A stretch of 64,000 bases of DNA. Source: Octopus sinensis (Eukaryota). The position numbers and the translations under genes were made by a program. The notes beneath the pieces were generated by a model. The model was given only the letters and a program-made list of their open reading frames with translations, made no database searches and was not told where the DNA came from. The stretch lies in contig NC_042999.1 in the NCBI RefSeq assembly GCF_006345805.1, positions 61,070,001 through 61,134,000 on the forward strand. Direction: 5' to 3'. Shown piece after piece: positions 25,901 through 41,597 of this stretch (position 1 is the stretch's first letter; each line of letters begins with the position of its first letter).

Positions 25901-25950
<50 letters not shown>

Positions 25951-26844
25951 ATATGCATATATACATGTGTACATATGTGTGTGTGTGTGTGTGTGTGTGT
26001 AAATATATTTAAACACATACATATGTATGTACGTTCGCTTCGTTGGCGTTGGTAGATTAAAGACCTTGCCAGTGGCTGCGCGCTCATGTGTGTATGTGAA
26101 TATCTCTCCACCTATTTGTGTAATATACATCCATATACATATAGTTAAATAAATAGATAGATTGACGCATATAGAGATAGTTAAAAATATTGATAATGAT
26201 ACAGAAATATAAAGTGTAAAGGGGCTGAAAATTCCAGTGTGTAAATGAGACTTCATAGCTACATAATATTTGAACAATTACGCCTTACAATATTCGCATC
26301 TGTTGTTACATAAATTTATATTGTGACATGATTTAAATCTGGACATGGGCACTGGATAACGTTTGAAGTGAAATGGGAACGGAATCAGAGAAGAATGTCC
26401 TTTTGAAGGAAAATGTGCGTAATTAATTGCAAGCGGAATTAATTATATTATAATGAAGACGATCTCTGATTCTCCATCGCTTGCCAAAGAAAACATACAC
26501 AAGATGTACTGAGCGAATTACATATCGATTCAAATCATTAAATGAGTCATTCTTCGGTGTAGTAACGTAGATGAATCACCTTAATATATTTTGTTGCGAA
26601 CCGGTATATTTTAGGTCCTGCAAAATATGAGGCTTTTCCTCATACATAAGCCTATGTAAATCATGATGAGATTGGAATTGACTGTTTAATATTTTGCTAA
26701 GTTACTATGGCCTATTGCAATTCTACATGATTTCGACAGTTCGTAGCAGCAGAAACAACTCATGATATATATAAAAGTTGCGCTGTTGAAAAACTAAAAT
26801 GTCATGGATATTATTCTCCTTCCACAATGCATCCACTTATCTGA

Positions 26845-27480
<636 letters not shown>

Positions 27481-28163
27481 TATATGTGTAGAAATATACA
27501 TAGTATGTATGCATTTATTCTTGAATCAGTGGTTGATGTTAATATTGAGTTATATTTAGACATTAACAAAATTTTAAATTGCAACACAAATATGATATAT
27601 TGCTATGAACTGTATTCAGTTTTGACATGGAAACATTTTTATTAGAATCATGTGAAGTTATTCATTTGTAATAATTCAAAACCCCTGCTAAATTTATTAT
27701 ATCATGTTTCGTAGATATTAACATATTACCGCTGTGTACAATCTAATAACCATCAAGAAAAAGGCAACCCGTACAGCAACCACAGGAATACAGATTCCCT
27801 ACTCACATATGTACATGTTTACAAGTATGCACATAAGTATACAAATATATAAATATAGGTACGCATATTTATGTACATGGGTGTATGCATATAAATGTAT
27901 GTAAGCATGTATATACACACAATTATATATGTATGTATATATATATATATGTATGTATATATATGTGTGTATATATATATGTATATAAATATATATATGT
28001 ATATATATGTATATATATATATATGTATATAATATATATATATATGTATAATATATATATGTATATATATATATATATCTACATATAATGCACCAGGTGG
28101 TGCTATTAAGTTAGACATGGCCTGGGCCATAATGGCCGAAACCTATCAAAGTAAGTATCAAAG

Positions 28164-28220
<57 letters not shown>

Positions 28221-28224
28221 GATA

Positions 28225-28278
<54 letters not shown>

Positions 28279-28648
28279 ATGGTTGTGTGGTAGGAAGCTT
28301 GCTTCCCAACTACATGGTCCCGGGTTCAGTCCCACTGCATGGCACCATGGGCAAATATTTTTTACTTGTGTATGGATTTGGTAGACAGAAATTGAAAGAG
28401 GCCCGTCATATATGTGCGTGTGTGTATGTATTTGTATGTATGTATTTGTGTGTCTGTGTTAGTCCTCCCAGCATCGATTGACAACCGGTGTTGATGTGTT
28501 TACGCCACCGTTATCTAGGGATTCGGCAAAAGAGAACGATAGTATATGTACTAGGCTTCCAAAGAATCAGTCGTGGGGTCGATTTGTTCGACTAAATGCG
28601 GTGCTCCAACATGGCCGCAGTTATATGACTGAAACAACTAAAATGAAA
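28279..28648 (+). mobile_element. SINE family C
   Basis: atggttgtgtggtaggaagcttgcttccc...gggttcagtccc head through gactgaaacaactaaaa tail. Confidence 0.85.
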
Positions 28649-31600
28649 AATATATATATGCATATATCTAATATAATAAATGTGAATGTCAGTGTGTCAG
28701 TCTGTCAGACTTTTTCAACTTTACTCCTAGAGGCCGTAGCCCAACATATATCATTTTGGAATCAGGTTGACACCATGAGTAAATTAAGAACATTCTGGGC
28801 TGCATCCGAACCTGCGATCCTAAAATTTAGGATTGCTATGTTTTCATTACTGCGATTGTTTTCCACGATTATTTTGACATGATTTTTAGCGACAAATATG
28901 ATCATCATTGGGTCTGACAGTGAAGGAAGCAATGACAAAAAATTCTCCAAAACAAGTCAGAGATCTGTTTGCAGACCTTCCCGTACAGGGCTGGTTACTT
29001 AAAAACCGCCCGATAGTTAGTGTATATACATACATACATTCTGTGATGAAGTAATGCATACTGTACACAGCGCTCTAGACCAAGAGGACGTAATTTGTTT
29101 CAAACAACCCTACCATATAAACTGTAGAACTTCTAAGTTAAAAGACAATGTATTTTTAGGCTGGTGAAACGTAACAATTATTATACGAGCGAGGATATTG
29201 AAATTACTCGCACCAGGCATACATAGAAAAACTTACAGAGAAGATACGATCAATATATACCTCTATTCCGATACAAAGGTCGAATGAACTCCGTCGATAT
29301 ACGCAGAATTATTATTCATGTAGCGTTGCTTATCGCAGGCAATGAGGCACAAATTCCTTCTTCAGTAACGAAGAGTAAAGTATTAAATATAATACTTAAA
29401 TTCAGTATAAAAGAACACGTGGTTACCCTCAAACTGCCATACTCTCCAACATCAAAGACGCTGGACGAGATGCAATCTATTGTCATTAAAATGCATTTAT
29501 GGGCCAATACCCACCAGGAAATTTCGCACCTTCAGTAATGTAGATCGCTTCTACATAGATCAAAAACAAGGCAATTATAGCTTAATATCAATCCAGAAAA
29601 CCTTTCATTGTCACATAATGCTCCTTTGGAACCATCTACTACACACCAATATGGAAGTCCTGCTATGGCTCAAAGCTGTGTACGTGAGACCAATAACAGC
29701 ATAAAATTGAAAATGAGCTAATTGGAAAGTATTCACGGGCTGACTACCAAGGGTATACAACCAGAGAAGTTGCATAATTCCAGAATAACAGGATCTTAAA
29801 CGAACGGCAGTGTAACTACCAGAAAAAGGACATGCATGACCATGTTCTCAAATGGCTTCAACGTGATAGTAATTTTGACAAAGAGACTTGTCTATCGCGC
29901 GGAAAAAATTCGTCTCGCTATATTTTTACTCTCACATTATTAACTTACTTTTTACAAGTGATGATTTTGCAAGGCACAAGCAGTATATAATGACAAAGTA
30001 CTTGATGCACAAAAGGGACAAGCGCATTGCCTAGATGCGACAACTTATGAAGACTTTTTAGAATTAGCATTGAATATGAAACCCACATCAGATGTAGCTG
30101 CCCAAAAATGTCTTTATATGCGAGATGATGGCGTGTTCATAATATTATATGATGAAATCTGAAGAAGGAAAAATGATAAAGAAGCAAATGTAAAATGTAT
30201 CAATGATATAGAGGTCATAGGCATTCATAATTTGAACGAATACTTGTGGAATGTCCCTGCTAAAGCTTCAGCATAATACAAGCTTGAAAAGACCTGATGA
30301 TGTTCTTTGATAGACGAAGCTGTCCATTAATGGAAATCAGCTGCTCAGCAAAAGCCAGAATAATGTTGAATAATAGCGAAAAAGGAAACATCTACTCCGA
30401 ATAGATGAAAATTCTGAAGGTACTCCAACCGAAGTACAACTAAATTTAGATTTTCACAAATGGTTATTGCAAGATTTGACTACGAGACAAAGTGCTCCTC
30501 TAATAATCTTGATAGGATAGGGTTTAAAAAAATCAGAAGGAATACACCTAACCAGAAACTTACAGCTACTAATAATCAAAGGTACTGTAAAATATGTAAA
30601 GCATTCATGAAGTTCAGTATAAGTTCTATATTATCAATGTCGTCTCTAATGGCTCCAATGTGCACATAGCAACATACAAAACTGTATACGTACGTATGTA
30701 CATGTGTGCAAACAGAAACACACTGATATGTCTATATGTACGTATGCATGAATACACATACATGCTAACACCCAGCTATACATAAAAGACTATACTGTTT
30801 GATGTTATCTAAATTCTAGGTTTGTATCTAGGCTAGAAAACGATTTTTTCTCCACTGCTGAGAAATTCGAAAAATAAATTCAAGAACACATATATACATG
30901 TATACATAAACACATACTTACATACATACATCATAATTACATCATACATATATACATACATAATACATACAGACACACACCTACATACATATACAGACAC
31001 ACATCTACAAAAGTATACACATATATACATAGATACAGACACACACCTACATACATATACACATATATATATACATACATATCCCCCCTGTCAATAAAAA
31101 TAGCGACTAAAATACCAACAAAGTTCAAGGTTGAAACGAAGAGCAACCAACCCCCTTATTACCTTACCATTTCCAATTTCTTCATTCCATCTATAGAAAC
31201 TTTGCTACAGAACGTACATTCATTAATGAATATCCTTGAGATACAGAATTTAGAACGCGAGAAAGTGAAAGACAATAATTTTGAAGATAGAAAAGAAAAT
31301 TTATATATTTCATTTGCTAGGATTTAATATGGTAATATATCACCTGATCTCAACGTATGTAGAAGTAATCGGATGTGCATCAATTTTGATCTTATTTTCT
31401 TTCAGTTTATCATGCTGCCTGAGGATATGTAATTGAATGTTTAAAGATAGAAAAAAAAGAGAAAAAACGTGTTGGTGGTTGGAGTGGATGCAAGTTGCTC
31501 AACCATATTGATAATGACAGCTGCATATAGTATAGTATGAATCAACGGCTTAGGTATAATCATTTCCCCCATCTAAATGAATATGTGTCTTTGTATAGGA

Positions 31601-31798
31601 CATACATACGCATGTGCTTGTCTGTGTGTGTGTATGTATGCATGTGTACACACACGAACTCACACATACACTTATATACACAAATATAAATATATGTGTG
31701 TGTGTATTTATGTGTGTGTATATATATTATATATATATATATATATATATGCATATATATATATGCATATATACATATAGATATACATATATATAATG

Positions 31799-31837
<39 letters not shown>

Positions 31838-34800
31838 CATGCATATATATATATGTGTGTGTGTGTTTATTCTTTGCATCCTCACTTTATGTATGCATAC
31901 ATTTACAGATACGTACGCTTTATGTACGACTAAATATATAGATATTCGGTTATCTACATATGTCGGTAGTAACTCGCTTTTGACACGACATAGAAAATGG
32001 AACAAATAAAGGACAGGAACAGTAAAAAAAAGAAACTAAATTGAGAACTATGTATATACAGGGTTTAGACAAAATAATAGAAACATCAGGAAAGTTGTTT
32101 TTTTTATATAGAAATGTTTAAATTTTGATTAACCTTCAAAGAATATTCAATAATTGATTAAGCTTATTCATACTTTTCATATGAAATGTATTGAATATAG
32201 CTGGTTTTTGTTAGTATTACTTTCCTATTGGAATAATTTTATATTAAGTTAATAGAAGACCTTTTGCATTTTGTAAGAGATCACGTATTAGGAGCTCGGG
32301 TAGGTGGAACCTCCATGTTAGAACCATAATGTTTAGGTTTTATATTGTATATTCTGGTGGACGCGTCTGAAAGGATTAGAGACAGACACTTTCCTCTCTG
32401 GTCAATCTCTCATCAACTTCTTCAAGTATCACTTGAAAAGGAAAGTGAGAGTAGAGAGGCAAGTTTTGTCTAGCGAATGTTTAAAAAAAAAGATGGGTGA
32501 ATGTAGCAAGGATGGCACGTATGAATGACGGAACCACCTTGAGCATAATTCTATGAACCCGGAAAAATTTAAAACAGAGAGTTACTTACTTGCAAATAAA
32601 TGTGTTAACATGTGACATTATTGACCGAGGTTACCGTGGTCTTTTCCATAGACATTTCTTTCCACGGATAAACCTTATCTGCTTCCCACTTTATACTTTA
32701 CATCATGACATTTCTGTGATACACGATCCCTATTGATGTTTTAGTTTTTTACGATCCCTTTTGAACGAAAACCTACCCCCTTTTTATTTTTATTTTTTCT
32801 ACCCAAAAAGAAAAGCTCTACTTTGTAATTTGTCCCCCCTCCCCGTCTTCAGCCCTGTTGGCTAAAGAAACATATTGTATATTCTTGTTATGGGAGAATC
32901 CTGAACATCCCCACGTGACTGAAGGTGGACTAACCGAATATAATAGATAAGAACTGACTAAACCTGCAGAGAGAGGAGTTCATGGTTTTAGTTCAAACTT
33001 GTTCGGTTTACCATATTAGTTCGACGTGTGTAGGTTTAACAGTCGGTAGTTTAATAGTGAATACTAAGTATCGTATCTACGTTCCAGATGTATGGAGTGC
33101 GTTCTACGTTAACATATATTCCTGCAGTTTGGTTATTTTTAGATAACCACAACCGACTATTTAGTTGTGTAATACCATATTACACCGGACGTGAATACCC
33201 ACGTTATAACAGTCCATAAAATCCACTGGAAAATATAGGTTTAATAGTTAAAATGTAGAATACTGCATAAAAGGTTATCTCTCAAGAAAATGACCTACAT
33301 ACTTGTAGCGAATTATCTTCGAGTTTGAAATCAAAGACTGCTCAGTGTCGATTTCATCTTTTGGAAACAAAAATGTATGCAGGATACAACTCCGAAGACA
33401 AAGATGGCTTGCGATTGCCAAAAAAGTGAAGATGCGGAGTGACGCATAAAATAAGCGAATATGTTGTCATGGTGTAGCATACAAATTTTTCTTTGTGTGC
33501 GCCTCATGACTTTGCGTTGGTGCTGCTTCTCCAAACTGATCCAGTAGTTCCAAATAAAACCTTTTACTTCGTCCGACCACATCGAAAAGACATTTGGTGA
33601 ACGAAAGCCTTTCAAAGAGTAAAACAATGAATATCATTTTAATAGTTGTGGAGTATTGAAGTGTATTTGTTGGTCATCGTAATGCAGAGCCATTTTGTTA
33701 TTAATTCGAATTTTTTAGACCCATGTTTCATAAACTATTATGATTCTTTTCAGGAAGTTTACAGCGGCATTCGAACGATCAAAGAGCTCTTGTGCGACGG
33801 TGGTTCCATTTTCTGAAGAAGCAAATTTTGTAGTAACACAAAACATCTTCACCTCTTTTAAAATCACGGGGAGCGTCTTCGGAAATCACACGGACAGTCA
33901 AAGAATATGTTTTAGCAGTTAAAAGCACGCCATTCTTAAAGTCATTGCCATTCATTTATGTGGAATTTCGTCTAGATTAAGAATTGTTTAAGTGGGTTTA
34001 TTTTTCATTTGAAATACTGGTACCACTTGTAACTCACCATTCAGCTCAGGTGTTCATCTTCTTTAACATCTAACATTACAAAGCAATTTCGGATTTTCTC
34101 TACTAATTCGAAATAGACTTCGTTATGAACACGTTGCTCTTTCATTTCTGTATTATTCAAAATTTTAACAAATGGTGAAATACACTACAGTCTTTGTTCA
34201 CTCTAGTTAGAATGCATTAATGAAAAACAAATTTGAAATGATGTGATTGTTTTTACAGAGAGAGTGGAAGTCACCCCATACACAGCGCTGAATTGATGGA
34301 CACGCTGCTCGGGTTGGTTGTTCGTTTACTTTGTTTTCTAAACGATCTTTCATGTGAACAACACTGTCACATCCTGACGTAGGAAATATCGGTGGGATTG
34401 TGATGGAACAGCAACGTATTATTATTCACTCAGGCCTATAGTAAAACTGCCTTGTAGAATCACATTCAGGGACTATTTAACTTTTCGTGATACCAAAAAG
34501 TAATGGTCGAGATGTAATGGCAAGAACCTCCCAGCATGGCTATATCCCGATACGTAACACTAAAATATTTTTAAAGGCTAGCATGAAACAGATGTAAGGT
34601 ACGTAAATCTGGGCTTGCATTCAGCATATTTTGATATAATTGAAACTTGTATTAAGCACTGAAGAAACGTATTCGAACGCGATTTCCTTCACCGTTGTCA
34701 TTCAAAGAATGTGGTCAGAGAATTGCTGCTTTAATGGCTTAAGTTAGTACTACATACATTTTAAAAAGATTATTCGGAGAGGTATTATATTGTTAGTTTA

Positions 34801-36589
34801 CAAATTGAATCAGCAAACATCTGTGACATCAAATGCTTTATTTAGGAAATCAGGTCAGAAATTACAATACTGATTATACAGTCTTTGACTGCGAATACGA
34901 CGAAGAGGTTATGGCATTAAAGCAATTAATAGTTAAACAGCGTGTTTTGAATTACTGAGTGGCGTTGAAATCTCTTCAAACAGAATATGGAAACTAGTTT
35001 CATGTTAATGTAGAAGCAAAACATTTACTTCTACTGCGTGACAAATGTCCTTGACAAAGGCAATTAAGCATCAAAAACTGTTTTCTCACCTGAACCAAAT
35101 GAGTTGGCTTGTACGACTCAATTTAACCTGGTAGAAATTATAGCCAGGTCTCTTTAATATCTCATCCTACTGTCTTAAAACATTATACGTACAGTGATGT
35201 ATCACTAGATACACTGCATGAAAAAAGACTATGAAGCCACAGTTGAGAGAGTATAGGTGACGTAATTGTTTACTCGGGATTGAACCTGAACCAAACTACA
35301 AAAAAATCTTCTTCCTCGTCAAAATATTTTTAAAAAAACGCTTCTATACCAGGGTAAGCTGGTTGTTTGTTTATCAAATATGTAGTGAGAAAACTACTGA
35401 AGAATAAGTACTTTGTTTTGTGTAGCTTTAATGTCGACTCACGATTTGAAGTGTCTGATTATAGTACTTTGTTATTATTTGCATTACATAATTGACATCT
35501 AAAGGACTTTGAATGGTGGTGAATGCAGCACCGGTACCAGAACTGGCAAACGTTGGCAAACGTTAGTCTGGTTGGCCAGCATCCAAATAAGTGTAACCCG
35601 CTTACCCTCTCTCCTCACCCTCTCTCTGTCTTTCTTTATGTCTCTTTTTCTTTCTCTCTCTCTCACTGTTTTTCACATTCTGTCACTCTCTATCTATCTG
35701 TCTCTTTCTTACTTACTCTCTTTCTTTCTCTCTCACTCACTTGCTTTAACTCTCCTATGTATAAATATGTAATTGTAATTGAAAAGTCATTGCTGGAATA
35801 ACAGTATGATATTCATGGCTTCTGCTCGCACCACTTCATATCGTTGTCTTCGCACGTTTATGCTATGATCACCCAGTTTTGAAAATAATGGTAAAGTTTG
35901 TCATATTATATCTGTAAAATTAACCCTAGCGAAATACATCTCATAAAAGCCTAACTTTAAAACATTCATCGACGAAAGAATAAAACATTAAAAAAATGTT
36001 GATCAATGTCATCTTTCTTCTAAATGTTAGTGATATATTTAAGTTCAGTTCTCGCAGCAAGAACAATTAATTGTGATAATGGTATTTTCCAATCTGTTAT
36101 ATTTTCATTTATCTCTAAGTTTATTTTCATTGCTGTATTTTTGTCTTTCGCTCTGACCTTTAGAAAGATTAAAAAGACACAGAAAGAAAGAATAAATTCA
36201 AAGCATCTTATGTTACCTGGTTTTTGTACGCTCACAAATTATATATCTCCCATCAAAGTTGGTTTGGTTAAGTTTCAAATATAACAGAAGAGAGCATAAC
36301 AAGTGATACACAAAGAACAAAAAAAAAACATGCCAACACATACATATAAAGATATGTGATGAAATACACATACACTCGTTCAAATAAATATAACAACATG
36401 CATGCAAAGTACTAATGGATAACACATGAAACACGCCGACATACAAACATATACGCAGGAGCTCAGACACGTAAGTGGATGTATGGAAACCCTACAGACA
36501 CATACAATCATACGCGCCTATGCACATGCACATATGCGTATGTATATGTGCATGTATTATATACATGTGTGTGTATGTAAGTGTGTGTG

Positions 36590-36935
<346 letters not shown>

Positions 36936-37384
36936 ATATATAATCTCGTCTGGAGAGATTATTTTCTTTTCATTCAACAAAAACTGCAGCAAGAATTCAA
37001 ATATGAGGAGAAGGAAAAGCAAAAATGAAATAAATACTTAAATTAAAGAAGCAAAAAAACAAAAAAAACAATCAAACTACATAACAATACAAAATAGAAT
37101 TAGTAGCGAAACAAACACTATCTCATGTACGTCTTTTTGTTTTTCTAGTTCATGTTCACCATTTTTTCTTGACATTTTTTTCTCTGCGTTTAGCAAGAAA
37201 AGCTGCTCCTTATCTTCTCATGGTAACTCACCTCTCTCTCTCCCTCGCTCCCTCTCCCTCTCACTCTATCTCTTTTTCTCACCATTTCCTTCTACCATGC
37301 TACTCTACTTTTTTTTCTCTTATTATTGCTAATGTTATTTTTATTATCAATCTACTTATCCTTCGTCTTCATAGTATTATTGTT

Positions 37385-37459
37385 AATCATATTATCGTTA
37401 TTATTATTATCATCATTATTATTATTATTATTATTATCATTATTATTATTATTATTATA

Positions 37460-37496
<37 letters not shown>

Positions 37497-37515
37497 TTTA
37501 TTAGTGCTATTATTA
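37385..37515. repeat. (ATT)n microsatellite
   Basis: Directly visible. Confidence 0.95.
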
Positions 37516-37937
37516 TTTTATTTCACATTTCTTTTTTTTTTTTGTTTTTTGTTGTTTTTTTTTCTGCAGTTACTTTTGGAAACACTTCAAGCTGTAAAAT
37601 ACACAGTGACTGAAAATAATTATCTGAGATATTTGTTAGTAATAAAATAACACTCGTGTCGAAAATAAAGCAAACTGATAAAACATAAACAAAAATGAAT
37701 TCTGATCTCGGAAAGGAGGGAGTGGAAACATCATCATTCCGTTTTATTGAGATTGTGTATGTGATTATCACGTGTTCATGCTGGATTACCAGCACCAATG
37801 CTTTTAGTCCACCTGAGAGGATAATTTGAAGTTGTGTTGCAGTCTATATACACACTGTGTTTTTGTGTGGTTTATTGTATTTGTTTAGTTAACTATTGTA
37901 AACATAATCTGTTATTCATCCTATCAAAAACGCATTC

Positions 37938-37968
<31 letters not shown>

Positions 37969-37976
37969 CACAAATA

Positions 37977-37977
<1 letters not shown>

Positions 37978-38040
<63 letters not shown>

Positions 38041-38164
38041 TTAGATAGATAGATAGATAGATGGATGGATGGATGATGGATGGATGGATGATGGATGGAT
38101 GGATGATGGATGGATGGATGGATGGATGGATGGATAGATAGATAGATGGATGGATGGATGGATG

Positions 38165-38255
<91 letters not shown>
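37978..38255. repeat. Alternating (GATA)n/(GGAT)n tetranucleotide array
   Basis: Blocks in the order GATA-GGAT-GATA-GGAT-GATA. Confidence 0.95.
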
Positions 38256-38948
38256 GTTTGTTGTTCTTTCAGCTATTCTTCTGAAAGCTATCGCCTAAGA
38301 TTTAGTTTCACCCACACATTTCAACCAAGAAAACTTATAGCTGCTCACGTCATTCTAACGTGTTGCAATAACAAAGACGTGAATTAATATAGGTGACAGA
38401 AGTTCCATAGCGCCATATCGAATGTTTTGCATGGTTTTTTCTTTTCTGATTTTGTGCGACCTAACTTTCAATACCTCCATAAGTAACTTTGATTTTATCA
38501 TCTCCACGAAACCGATATAAGCACGGTAATGGATTAGTGGAAACATAAGAACGTCAGGCCGGATGCCTTCCAGTATTTAATCCGGCTGCTTGTACTCTGA
38601 GTTGAAAATGCATGGTCTACATGAAATAGAGAAAGGGGAGTGCTGGGGCTTTTGCTGCACACAGATAATGTCAGACAGATATTGAAAAATATTAGATGTC
38701 ATTAGTCGATAGATAAAATGCGCTATTTGAGAATGAATATTTCGTTGCCTGTTCAGGATTCGTTCAAATTCTATAAAATAAAGCAGGCGCAGGCGTGGCT
38801 GTGTGGTAAGAAGATTGCTTACCAACCACATGGTTCCGGGTTGAGTCCTACAGTGTGGCACCTCGGACAAGTGTCTTCTACTATAGCCTCGGGCCGACCA
38901 AAGCTTTGTGAGTGGATTTCGTGGACGGAAAGTGAAAGAAGCTCGTCG

Positions 38949-39029
<81 letters not shown>

Positions 39030-39060
39030 GCACTGATATTCGCATCGTTATATATATATA

Positions 39061-39383
39061 TCATCATCATCATCATTTAGCGTCCGCTTTCCATGCTAGC
39101 ATGGGTTAGACGGTTCAACTGGGGTCTGGGAAGCCAGAATGTTGCACCAGGACCAGTCTGACCTGGCAATGTTTCTACGGCTGGATGCCCTTCCTAACGC
39201 CAACCACTTCATGCGTGTAGTGGGTGCTTTTTACGTGCCACCGGCACAGCTGCCAGACGGGGCTGGCAAACGGCCACGGTCGGATGATGCTTTTTACGTG
39301 CCACCGGCACGGAGGCCAGGCGGGGCTGGCAACGGCCACGATCGGATGGTGCTTTTTACGTGCCACCGGCACTAGTATCACAG

Positions 39384-39385
<2 letters not shown>
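39061..39385 (-). mobile_element. Retroposon family D with (GAT)n tail and internal ~57-bp tandem units
   Basis: (ATC)n followed by ttagcgtccgctttccatgctagcatggg, with three gtgctttttacgtgccaccggcac units. Confidence 0.75.
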
Positions 39386-39424
<39 letters not shown>

Positions 39425-39510
39425 TAAATAAGGGTAGAAATTGATATTAATCGATTAAAACCAGTGGCCTGGCATATTTTTAATAAAATCCGAAGATTAA
39501 AATGTTTTTA

Positions 39511-39893
39511 CATACACAATTTAGAGGACTGACCACTAAGAAAAAATGGGCAGCCTGTATGCTAGATATAGACGTCAAAATCGAAATTTTCCACGAAGAA
39601 TGTGTTCTCAACAAAAAAAATTCAGCAAAAAACCTAAGTGTAAAACGTGATGATCTTGCAGATGTTTGCGTATCCATATACGTAAATATTAACAAGTGAA
39701 ACTAATTAGTAAATAAGTAATGTTTTTTTTTATCTCGTATATTTTTATTTGTCTTTCTTATTTTTACACTTTGGTTTTTTGCTGAATTTTTTCTTTAGAA
39801 CACATTCTTCGTGAAAAATGGCGATTTTGATGTCTATATGTAGCATACAGGCTGTCCATTTTTTTTAGTGGTCAGGCCTCTAAATTTTGTATG
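39511..39893. mobile_element. MITE with ~135-bp TIRs and TA target duplication
   Basis: TA-catacacaatttagaggactgaccactaa ... ttagtggtcaggcctctaaattttgtatg-TA; arms at 39511-39645 and 39762-39893. Confidence 0.85.
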
Positions 39894-41039
39894 TATATAT
39901 ATGTATATATCTATATATATATGTGTGTGTATGTGCGTGAGTGTGTGTGTGTGTGTGTGTGTTTGTATGCTTGTGTGTCTGTGTTCGTTCTCCCACCATC
40001 ACATGACAACCGATGCTGGTGTGTTTACGTCCCCGTAACCTAGCGGTTCGGCAAAACAGACCGATAGAATAAGTACTAGGCTTACAAAGAATAAGTTCTG
40101 GGATCGATTTGTTCGACTAAAGGCGGTGCTCCAGCATGGTCACAGTCAAACGACTGAAACAAATAAAACAATTCTCACCACCGTGCTATATTACCAGACT
40201 TCTGTCCATCGTAGCATATTCAAGGCGTCTATTAAATTCATATCTATGCATAGAGAACAACAATATTCTTGAAGTGAATTCTGAAATAGCCTCTTCTAGT
40301 TACGTTTTAAGTTTTTGATGTCGCACAGTTCTGTAACTCTGCTTGCCATACATTTCTGCTCGCATACGTATTTAGGTACACAAAAATTAGTAATTACCTA
40401 CTCCCTATGTATCTGTGCACGCAGATACGCAAGCACACATGATTTTTTTTTGAAATGCGCGCATAGTCAAATTTGATAATTTTACTCATTTATTTTTCTC
40501 ACACACGCTCTTACAAATTCAGAAAAAATAACCATCACGCAGAGTCTCTTATACAAACTATATAGGAGAAAGTTACGTTATTTGACCGCTAAATAATAAC
40601 GATGCCAGTATTATGTTTCACTCAGTTCACCTAGTAATTTTAAGTATACAAAAAAAAATCTTTGAATATATTTCTATAGAAGTTACTAATTTTTCATGCA
40701 CCAGATATTTCTCAGATTTTTGCTGATGTTTTTTTCAGCTATTCTTTCAGTATTTATTCCGGATGATTGTACACTGAGTTTAAACCGCATGGACTACATG
40801 GAATATAGGAAGCAGAGTGTTGGAGCTTTTGTAGCACACATATAATATCGCACTGATATTCGCATCCTTAGATGTCATTAGAGTAGTGAATTTAACTGGG
40901 TATTTAATTTCACTTTTATTCAGGAAGTTTGAGCCAAAACCAAATTGCAGTACTTCTGAAACTTGTAGGAAGAAATGATTGTAAATACTTCAACGTCACC
41001 TGATTTAGATCGTCAACCTTGTACTTTGAGACACTTTAA

Positions 41040-41455
41040 CGGAGTCCACAATGTTGCAAGCATTCGAAGCAAGGCTCCAGTTTCAGAGTACCTAAAAGTC
41101 TCTGAGACCCTGTAAATCTCATGGGCTCGGTCTTCCCATCTTTTAGCCAGGAGGCTAAAAGATTTAAAACAAAGAAAAGTATATTTCCATAATTGCATCT
41201 AATCGATGGCTAAGGCATCTAATCGATGGATAAGGCGTATTTTGCTTGAAGACCTGCATTTCCACCCGTATAAATTGGACGGCAGTTGAATCCCATGGAA
41301 CTATGCACACAGCAACGCTTGGGAGAGTCGGGACCAACTTCCAAGATCACCTTCAGAAATGTATTAATGAAAACTGACACCACACGATGAATGTTGTTTT
41401 CCACAATTGATTTTGACAAATGCTAATACAAACACATTGGGGGTCAATAAAATTT
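41040..41455 (+). mobile_element. Internally deleted Tc1/mariner (maT/DD37D-like) fragment
   Basis: RRILLEDLHFHPYKL at 41233-41277 and C-terminal LQKCINEN*HH; a 20-bp tandem duplication gcatctaatcgatgg(c/a)taag. Confidence 0.65.
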
Positions 41456-41565
41456 GCAGCTAAAATTAATGATTTTGTCAATTTTTCAAAAACGTGCGTC
41501 CTCCCTGCCCCACCCTATATTAGACAAGTGACAGAGTTGATTCTTCTCTCTCTCTCTTTCTCTTA

Positions 41566-41597
<32 letters not shown>

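Larger units (their letters stand above)
38785..40167 (+). mobile_element. SINE family C split by nested insertions in its internal microsatellite
   Basis: Head half at 38785-38950 and tail half at ~39945-40167 are collinear and in the same orientation. Confidence 0.8.

Noticed and set aside
30288-30328. gac-CTGATGA-tgttc...gac-GAAG-ctgtc near-hammerhead
   Set aside because: GAAG instead of GAAA and weak stems; expected by chance.
33331-33922. LHHDN (mariner-like) and EVYSGIRTIK (ABC-like) peptide words
   Set aside because: Isolated short matches with no further family motifs in frame.
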